From assembly GCA_965198115.1 (NCBI GenBank), contig OZ240241.1, positions 1,984,001-2,048,000 on the forward strand: DNA of 64,000 nucleotides, given 5' to 3'. The position numbers were made by a program, and so were the translations under genes. Below, piece by piece: positions 57,619 through 64,000 of this stretch (its first letter is position 1; each line of letters begins with the position of its first letter). The notes under the pieces are model-generated. The model made no database searches, was not told the DNA's origin, and was given only the letters and a program-made list of their open reading frames with translations. The DNA is from Candidatus Latescibacterota bacterium. Lineage in GTDB: Bacteria; Latescibacterota; UBA2968.

Positions 57619-59859
57619 GTGCGGCGATGCTTCCTCATTACTCTGTTCACGCTCATACTCGTCGACAGCCCGGCCGCTGAGTGGGCCTGGCAGGTGGGTG
57701 ACGTCGTCGAGTACGATGCCGCCAACACGTCCGGCTCGATTCAAGAGCGTGTGCAACAAGCCACCGAATCAAACCTGGATTGGGTCGTCCTGGCACCCCC
57801 TCCCGAATCCGGTCTGTTCGTCGGTCTCTCTCACGTCCTGCAGGAAGCCGAGCTCAGCGTCCCACGTCTGACGCCCATCGTAGGGACAGGATGGGCGTCG
57901 GGCACGACTCGGGGTGTGGTATTCGGCATCGATCCCAGAACCCCGGTGCCCGGATCCCTGGATCGTCTTCTCACGGTGGTGGAAGCACAGCGGGGTGTCC
58001 TACAGCTCGACCCGACCGGTGAATCGGAAGAACCCCCACCTGTCGTGACAGCCGTGCGAGACGGCAAGTGGGCCCCACTCGTTGAACCCGGTGGGGCGTG
58101 GGATGACTTCCTCGAGACCGGGACGCGGGTTTTCATCGCGGGCTCGAGTGCGCAAACACCAGCAGGTCGAACCCACCGCACCTACGTCAAAGCCCGATCG
58201 AACGAAGTGGAGTCGATCATCACGGCCCTGCGTAACGGCCGGTCCTTCGTAGCGGAAAGGGATGGGATCCGTGTCGACTTCGAGGTGCAAGGCCGATCTT
58301 TTGGAGAAACCGCTTTTTTCCAAGGCGAGGCCTATGTTCGCATCGGAGCCCACGCCCGTGATCCGATCTCCCGTGTCACGCTCATCGCCGATGGTGAGGT
58401 CGTTTGGACAACACGCCCCGACACCACCGTCTGGAGCGAGCGGTTCTTCCTCCCCCTCCATCACCACAGCTATGTGTGGCCGGTGCTCGAGAGCGAGTCG
58501 GGCGACTACCGAACGCTCGGAAACCCGGTCTTTCTGATTCCCGATCGGTTGCAGGGGAGTGGTGAAGTCCCCTACGAGGATCCTTCCGACGCGGATGACG
58601 CTTCGTTCATCGAGGTGAGCGGCACGATCGAGGCCTCGGCCCGGCTATCCGAGGGGGCCCAGAAACGCATCCTCGCTGAATTCCTGTCGAATGCCGAAAC
58701 ACGCTACCCCACCGTCTGGCTGCTGCAGAATCGAAACGACCTCATCGGGGACGACACATTACTCGATCTGACCGCAGACGTGAACGCGTACGTCCGGCTG
58801 GGCGCAGCCTACGCACTTCTATCCCGAGGAAACGCGGCACCTCTTGCAACCATGCTCCGTGACGAAGCCCTCCCGGCTCGGGCCTACGCAGGACGCATGA
58901 CCGCCCAATACACAGAAGGATTCGGAGAAGAAGACTGGCCCCCGCTGCAGGGAGAGGATCCAATCGTCGTTTCGTATCTCATTCGAGCCTATCGCCCCGT
59001 ACGTCACCACCCTGAACACATTGCACGGCTGATCGGCCTCCTCGACCGGAAGGCTACGGTCGTTTCCTCGGCAGCCGCAGACAAAGTCGTGACGCTCGGA
59101 GCTCGGAACTATCGCGTCATCTCCGTCTTGGTCGATTCTGCCCGTGCCGGTCACGCGAGGGCGATTGACGCGCTCGGCCTGATCGGGGACCATCGATCCG
59201 TCGCACCCCTCCTGGACATCTTTCGTCAGGCCTCCCACGGACCCCTAAAGAGAGCCACGTTCGACGCCCTCACCCGGATGAACGTCCCCTACCAGGATCG
59301 TCACGTCCTCGAAGTCCCGGAGTTGGAGTCACGCCCGACGATGGACGGTCACCTGGACTCGACGATCTCGGCAGTCATCGGACCGTTCGCCCAGGACAGC
59401 GATGCCCGGCCCCCGAGCGATCTCGTCGACAGCAGGGTGGGGCGGTATGACGACAGTCTATACGTTGGCATTCACACCGTACTCGGGAATGCCTCACGCA
59501 CAACGCTGTCGGCTACCGGCGGGGTCCACGATGACCACCGGATCGAGATCTCCCTGAGTTCGCCAGATGGTCGAGGACAACGACGATACGGGATCAACGC
59601 CCTCGGGCTCACCAACCACCCGGTTGCGCGCTGCCCCACCGGATCGCGCGTGCACGACGGCGGCTGGACGCTCGAAGCGCTCGTCCCATTGTCCGACCAA
59701 GCCCAAGAATCGGTGGTGCGCTTCAATCTCTACGTCGTATCTTCTGACGACCCGGCCAGTCGTCTTTCCTGGTCGGTGACCTACGGTGCCCCTCACGATA
59801 CCGACCGATACGGGGACCTGCGCTTCACCGGAACGAATCCTCCAGCCCGCGACGACTGA
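57619..59859 (+). CDS. Exported multidomain protein (degenerate PHP-like, HEAT-like repeats, CBM9-like C-terminus)
   Basis: WDDFLETG.RVF, ALRNGRSF and GNPVF resemble CehA/McbA; ALGLIGD HEAT-like repeat; PTMDGHLD...GWTLEALVPL. Confidence 0.5.
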   Translation: MRRCFLITLFTLILVDSPAAEWAWQVGDVVEYDAANTSGSIQERVQQATESNLDWVVLAPPPESGLFVGLSHVLQEAELSVPRLTPIVGTGWASGTTRGVVFGIDPRTPVPGSLDRLLTVVEAQRGVLQLDPTGESEEPPPVVTAVRDGKWAPLVEPGGAWDDFLETGTRVFIAGSSAQTPAGRTHRTYVKARSNEVESIITALRNGRSFVAERDGIRVDFEVQGRSFGETAFFQGEAYVRIGAHARDPISRVTLIADGEVVWTTRPDTTVWSERFFLPLHHHSYVWPVLESESGDYRTLGNPVFLIPDRLQGSGEVPYEDPSDADDASFIEVSGTIEASARLSEGAQKRILAEFLSNAETRYPTVWLLQNRNDLIGDDTLLDLTADVNAYVRLGAAYALLSRGNAAPLATMLRDEALPARAYAGRMTAQYTEGFGEEDWPPLQGEDPIVVSYLIRAYRPVRHHPEHIARLIGLLDRKATVVSSAAADKVVTLGARNYRVISVLVDSARAGHARAIDALGLIGDHRSVAPLLDIFRQASHGPLKRATFDALTRMNVPYQDRHVLEVPELESRPTMDGHLDSTISAVIGPFAQDSDARPPSDLVDSRVGRYDDSLYVGIHTVLGNASRTTLSATGGVHDDHRIEISLSSPDGRGQRRYGINALGLTNHPVARCPTGSRVHDGGWTLEALVPLSDQAQESVVRFNLYVVSSDDPASRLSWSVTYGAPHDTDRYGDLRFTGTNPPARDD

Positions 59860-60462
59860 ATGCCCGAAATCCCACTGTTCCCGCTCGACATGGTTCTTCT
59901 TCCGTCGTGCCGCGTTCCTCTCCACATTTTCGAGGAACGATACAAGCTAATGGTGAACAGCTGTGTCGACACAGACTCTGAGTTCGGGATCGTCTGGGGG
60001 CAAGATGACGATCACAAGGATGTCGGCTGCGCGGCCAGAGTCGTCGATGTGGTCGACCGCTTCCCCGATGGACGCATGAACATTGTCGTTCAGGGTACGG
60101 AGCGCTTCCGTCTGATCGGCCGTCACGAGCAGGCTCCGTTCATCACGGGTAGCATCGAGTCCCTACCCGATCACGAGCACGAACCAGACACGACAATGGC
60201 CGAACGCGTGAGACAGCTGTATACCGAGGCGCTGAAATTTACGCTTGGCTGGTTCAGACCCGACGACACCGAACCGATCGACGCCCCCGCGTTGTCCTAC
60301 ACGGTCGCGGCCAGCCTTGGGCTCCCCCTCGAACGGCAGCAGCATTTACTGGAGACCCAGGACGTGAACGAGCGGCTCGAAGAAGTCCTCACGATGCTCG
60401 AGGCCACCCTCGCGGGGTTGCACGACGCACACAAGAAGACGAGCGGCAACGGTAAGGCCTGA
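59860..60462 (+). CDS. LON peptidase substrate-binding domain protein
   Basis: IPLFPL, PLHIFEERY, DGRMNI..GTERF, QHLLE. Confidence 0.88.
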   Translation: MPEIPLFPLDMVLLPSCRVPLHIFEERYKLMVNSCVDTDSEFGIVWGQDDDHKDVGCAARVVDVVDRFPDGRMNIVVQGTERFRLIGRHEQAPFITGSIESLPDHEHEPDTTMAERVRQLYTEALKFTLGWFRPDDTEPIDAPALSYTVAASLGLPLERQQHLLETQDVNERLEEVLTMLEATLAGLHDAHKKTSGNGKA

Positions 60463-60471
60463 GGTACTCAA

Positions 60472-61028
60472 TTGGAACTGAACAGAGCAGAGGCCCTCGC
60501 GCTTCTGAGGACTCACACGAAGAACGAAAATCTGGTCAGGCACATGCTCGCCGTCGAAGCCGCCCTACGCGCGTACGCCCGGACATTCGAACAGGACGAA
60601 GAACTCTGGGGCATCACCGGTCTCTTGCACGACTTCGACTATGAAAATCACCCGACCGAAGACGAACACCCTATGGTCGGAATCCGCATCCTACAGGACT
60701 TGAACTACCCCGAGGACCTCCTCCACGCGATCAAAACCCACGTGCCCTACCTCGGTGTTCCCCGCGAAACCTGCTCGACAGAACCCTCTTCGCGTGCGAC
60801 GAATTGACCGGCTTCATCGTGGCCGTCGCGCTGATGCGGCCGTCGAAGTCGCTGTCGGACCTCAAGGTGTCTTCGGTCACGAAGAAGATGAAGCAGGTCG
60901 GCTTCGCCCGTGCGGTCAGTCGTGACGACATCCGGCTCGGGGCGGAGGAACTCGGCGTCGACCTCAACGATCACATCGGATTCGTCATCAAAGCCATGAA
61001 GGAAATCTCCGACGAACTCGGTCTGTAA
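60472..61028 (+). pseudogene. HDIG/HD-domain hydrolase with a one-base frameshift at about 60770
   Basis: H.LAVE and GLLHDFD in the first frame. Adding one C gives RETLLDRTLFACDELTGF...FARAVSRDDI. Confidence 0.8.
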
Positions 61029-61195
61029 CACCGTCCTCCCTCGCCTGCCTCCCGCGTCGAAACAACGCATTTGACTCGCCGTCAGGCCTTCGATTACATA
61101 GAATCGTCTTGACTTTAAAAACCACGCGGTCGATCATGATCCGTCATTTTGCCGCACCTGATCGACGTTCGATCAACGTTTGAGAGAAGGGTAGG

Positions 61196-62947
61196 ATGGA
61201 TCCGACCGAAGCCCCAACATACGATGTCGTGATCGTCGGTGGAGGCGGCGCGGGGTTACGCGCCGCCATTGCCGTTTACGAGACCGATCCCAGCCTAACG
61301 ATTGCCGTCGTTTCCAAAGTCTATCCCATGCGCAGCCATACCGTCTCCGCCGAGGGAGGCGCTGCGGCCGTGATTAAACCAGACGACAGCCTGGAAGATC
61401 ATATCTACGACACGATCTCTGGCGCCGACTGGATATGCGACCAGGATGCTGTCGAAGCGTTCGTCAACGAAGCACCCCAGGAGATGCTTCAGCTGGAACA
61501 TTGGGGGTGCCCGTGGAGCCGCGAAGAAGACGGCTCAGTCGCCGTTCGTCCGTTCGGGGGCATGAAAATCCAGCGCACGTGGTTCGCGGCGGACAAGACC
61601 GGCTTCCACATGCTCCACACGCTGTTCCAGACGAGCCTCAAGTACGATCCCATCGAGCGCTTCGATGAATGGTTCGTCACACGCTTGCTCGTCGAGAACG
61701 GACGATGCCAGGGGGTCGTGGCCGTAGAGCTTACCACGGGACGGGTCCAGCCCATCTTGGCCAAATCGGTCATTCTAAGCACGGGCGGCTGTGGTAAGAT
61801 CTTTCCGTTCACGACGAACGCGAACATCAAGAACGGTGACGGTATGGCGCTGGCTTACAGAGCCGGTGTGCCGCTCAAGGACATGGAGTTCATCCAATAC
61901 CATCCGACGGGTCTACCGTTCACCGGAATCCTGATCACGGAGGCGTCACGATCGGAGGGCGGCATCCTCATCAACAAGGATGGGTATCGCTATTTGCAAG
62001 ATTATGATCTCGGCACCCCACAGCCCAAACCGGTCCTGCGCTCCATGGAATTGGGCCCGCGCGACCGTCTGTCCCAAGCTTTCGTGAAGGAGCAGGAGAA
62101 GGGACGCACGCTCGAAGGCGAATATGGCAACTATGTTCACCTAGACATTCGTCACCTTGGCGAGAAACTCATCGACGCCAAGCTGCCCTTCGTCAGGGAA
62201 TTGTGTTTGAAGTACGAAAACATCGACCCGGTCAAGGAAATGATCCCAGTCCGACCAGTCATTCATTATGTCATGGGCGGTGTCCACACCGACATCGACG
62301 CGGCCACCCCTCTCGGAGGTCTGTTCGCCGCTGGCGAAGTCGCCTGCGTCAGCATCAACGGCGCGAACCGCCTCGGGTCCAATTCCCTTACGGAGCTTCT
62401 CGTCTTCGGTGCTCGAGCCGGACGATCGGCTGCCGCATTCGCGAAGGAACACGACGGGTTCAGTGCCGGAATCGAAGCCCAGGTTCTGGAGGAAGAGCAC
62501 CGACTGAACGACCTGCTCAACTCCGAAGGCACGGAAAAGGTCGCCGACATCCGTGCGGCCATGCAGGAGACGATGGAGGAAGGAGCTGGAATCTACCGGG
62601 CGCAGGATACCCTCCAGCAGTCGGCCGACAAACTGAGAGAGCTGCAGGAGCGATACAGCAGGGTCCGAGTCGAAGACAGGAGCTTGACGTTCAACACCGA
62701 GCTGACGTCGATCCTCGAACTCGGATACATGCTCGACGTTGCAGAAACGGTCATCCTGTCGGCTCTGCAACGGACGGAGTCCCGCGGCTCTCATCAGCGA
62801 ACCGACCATCCCGATCGCGACGACGAAACCTTCCTCTCGCACAGTCTTGCCTACCGCGAGCCCGACGGTTCCCCCCGCGTCGAATACCTCCCGGTCATCA
62901 TCACCAAGTGGCCCCCGGGAGAACGGGTCTACGGTCGCAAAGAATAG
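61196..62947 (+). CDS. frdA: Fumarate reductase/succinate dehydrogenase flavoprotein
   Basis: [40 protein letters not shown]. Confidence 0.92.
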   Translation: MDPTEAPTYDVVIVGGGGAGLRAAIAVYETDPSLTIAVVSKVYPMRSHTVSAEGGAAAVIKPDDSLEDHIYDTISGADWICDQDAVEAFVNEAPQEMLQLEHWGCPWSREEDGSVAVRPFGGMKIQRTWFAADKTGFHMLHTLFQTSLKYDPIERFDEWFVTRLLVENGRCQGVVAVELTTGRVQPILAKSVILSTGGCGKIFPFTTNANIKNGDGMALAYRAGVPLKDMEFIQYHPTGLPFTGILITEASRSEGGILINKDGYRYLQDYDLGTPQPKPVLRSMELGPRDRLSQAFVKEQEKGRTLEGEYGNYVHLDIRHLGEKLIDAKLPFVRELCLKYENIDPVKEMIPVRPVIHYVMGGVHTDIDAATPLGGLFAAGEVACVSINGANRLGSNSLTELLVFGARAGRSAAAFAKEHDGFSAGIEAQVLEEEHRLNDLLNSEGTEKVADIRAAMQETMEEGAGIYRAQDTLQQSADKLRELQERYSRVRVEDRSLTFNTELTSILELGYMLDVAETVILSALQRTESRGSHQRTDHPDRDDETFLSHSLAYREPDGSPRVEYLPVIITKWPPGERVYGRKE

Positions 62948-62971
62948 CGTTCCACGAAAACCGGAGAAATC

Positions 62972-63715
62972 ATGGCATCAACCATCACCGTGGAAGTTTC
63001 CCGCTACCGGCCCGAAGAGGAAGCGGAGCCCATCTTTCAATCCTACGAAGTCCCGCTCAGGTCGGACTGGGTCATTCTGGATGGCCTGAACTACATCAAG
63101 AACGAGCTCGATGGCAGTCTTTCATTCCGCTGGTCGTGCCGTATGGGCGTTTGCGGCAGTTGTGGCATGATGGTCAACGGCGAACCCGTCCTGACGTGTG
63201 CGGCTTTCTTGGAAGCGTTTGCGCCAGGACCGATCCGCGTAGAACCTCTCCAGCACTTCCCCGTCGTTCGCGATCTCGTTACGGACCTTGAAGACTTCAT
63301 GGGGAAACTCACGAGCGTCAAGCCTTGGGTCGTCCGTGAGGAGGAACAACCGATCGAAGAGGGGGAATACAAGCAGACGCCCGAGCAGCTGGCTGACTTC
63401 AAGCGTTACAGTATGTGCATCAACTGCATGCTCTGCTATGCCGCCTGCCCCGTCTATGGCCTCGAACCCGAGTTCACGGGGCCAGCCGTGATCGCGCTTG
63501 CCCAGCGCTACAATCTCGACAACCGCGACGAAGGCAACGACGATCGGATGGTCATTCTGTCGCACGACGAGGGGATCTGGTCTTGCACGTTGGTCGGCGA
63601 ATGTTCGGAAGTCTGTCCAAAAGACGTCGACCCTGCCGGCGCCATACAGCGCTACAAACTCGCGGGGGCCGCGAGTTGGTGGAAGTCCCTGCTGCTCCCC
63701 TGGCAGAATCGTTAG
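62972..63715 (+). CDS. frdB: Fumarate reductase Fe-S subunit
   Basis: [36 protein letters not shown]. Confidence 0.92.
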   Translation: MASTITVEVSRYRPEEEAEPIFQSYEVPLRSDWVILDGLNYIKNELDGSLSFRWSCRMGVCGSCGMMVNGEPVLTCAAFLEAFAPGPIRVEPLQHFPVVRDLVTDLEDFMGKLTSVKPWVVREEEQPIEEGEYKQTPEQLADFKRYSMCINCMLCYAACPVYGLEPEFTGPAVIALAQRYNLDNRDEGNDDRMVILSHDEGIWSCTLVGECSEVCPKDVDPAGAIQRYKLAGAASWWKSLLLPWQNR

Positions 63716-63725
63716 GAAGCTGCCC

Positions 63726-64000
63726 ATGAAGCCGAGCGGTCACTACACTCCGCACCACCCAAAGTGGTTCCGTGTCAGAAAACCCATTTTCTGGTGGACC
63801 AGGCGATTCGCGGACATCCGGTTCATCTTCCGCGAACTGACCAGCCTCGCGGTCGCCTATTCTGTCATCTTGCTCGTAGTCATCTACCGAGCGCTTCTCA
63901 CGAGTGCAGATGCCTACACGGACTTAATGACTACGCTCCAGCAACCGTTCTGGATCAGAGTCAACGTCCTTGCATTGGTCGCTATTCTCTACCACACGAT
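63726..64000 (+). CDS. frdC: Fumarate reductase subunit C (partial, runs off the window)
   Basis: ATG 63726: ...PIFWW...FIFRELTS...LYHT, in frdAB context. Confidence 0.8.
   Translation, partial: MKPSGHYTPHHPKWFRVRKPIFWWTRRFADIRFIFRELTSLAVAYSVILLVVIYRALLTSADAYTDLMTTLQQPFWIRVNVLALVAILYHT

Overview
A GC-rich bacterial chromosomal segment. PorV, Wzi, a Bat operon and a peptidase-MA/Omp85 fusion suggest an FCB-group lineage such as Latescibacterota, which is an inference from gene content. Most of the window is housekeeping: a moxR-DUF58-batA-E operon; a long minus-strand run yicC-gmk-rpoZ-coaBC-UDG-dnaB-kptA-diadenylate cyclase-DUF1854-K+ channel-GT87; era; rpiA-sucD; aroQ-accD; lysR-dsbD; and frdABC. 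There are two IS elements, an ISAzo13 and an IS256 whose 8-bp target duplication interrupts a small gene. The most unusual signals are: (1) a two-gene operon encoding a 1589-aa FtsX/MacB permease fused to a degenerate, nicastrin-like M28 domain plus an OPT-like membrane protein; (2) genes that appear to start at CTG behind good Shine-Dalgarno sites; (3) an orphan membrane-anchored ParA/MinD-like ATPase; (4) a putative c-di-AMP/K+ cassette; (5) an unannotated small membrane protein locus downstream of a structured element and a tandem repeat. Several indels in short repeats may be assembly errors. All family calls come from motif recognition only; no searches were run.
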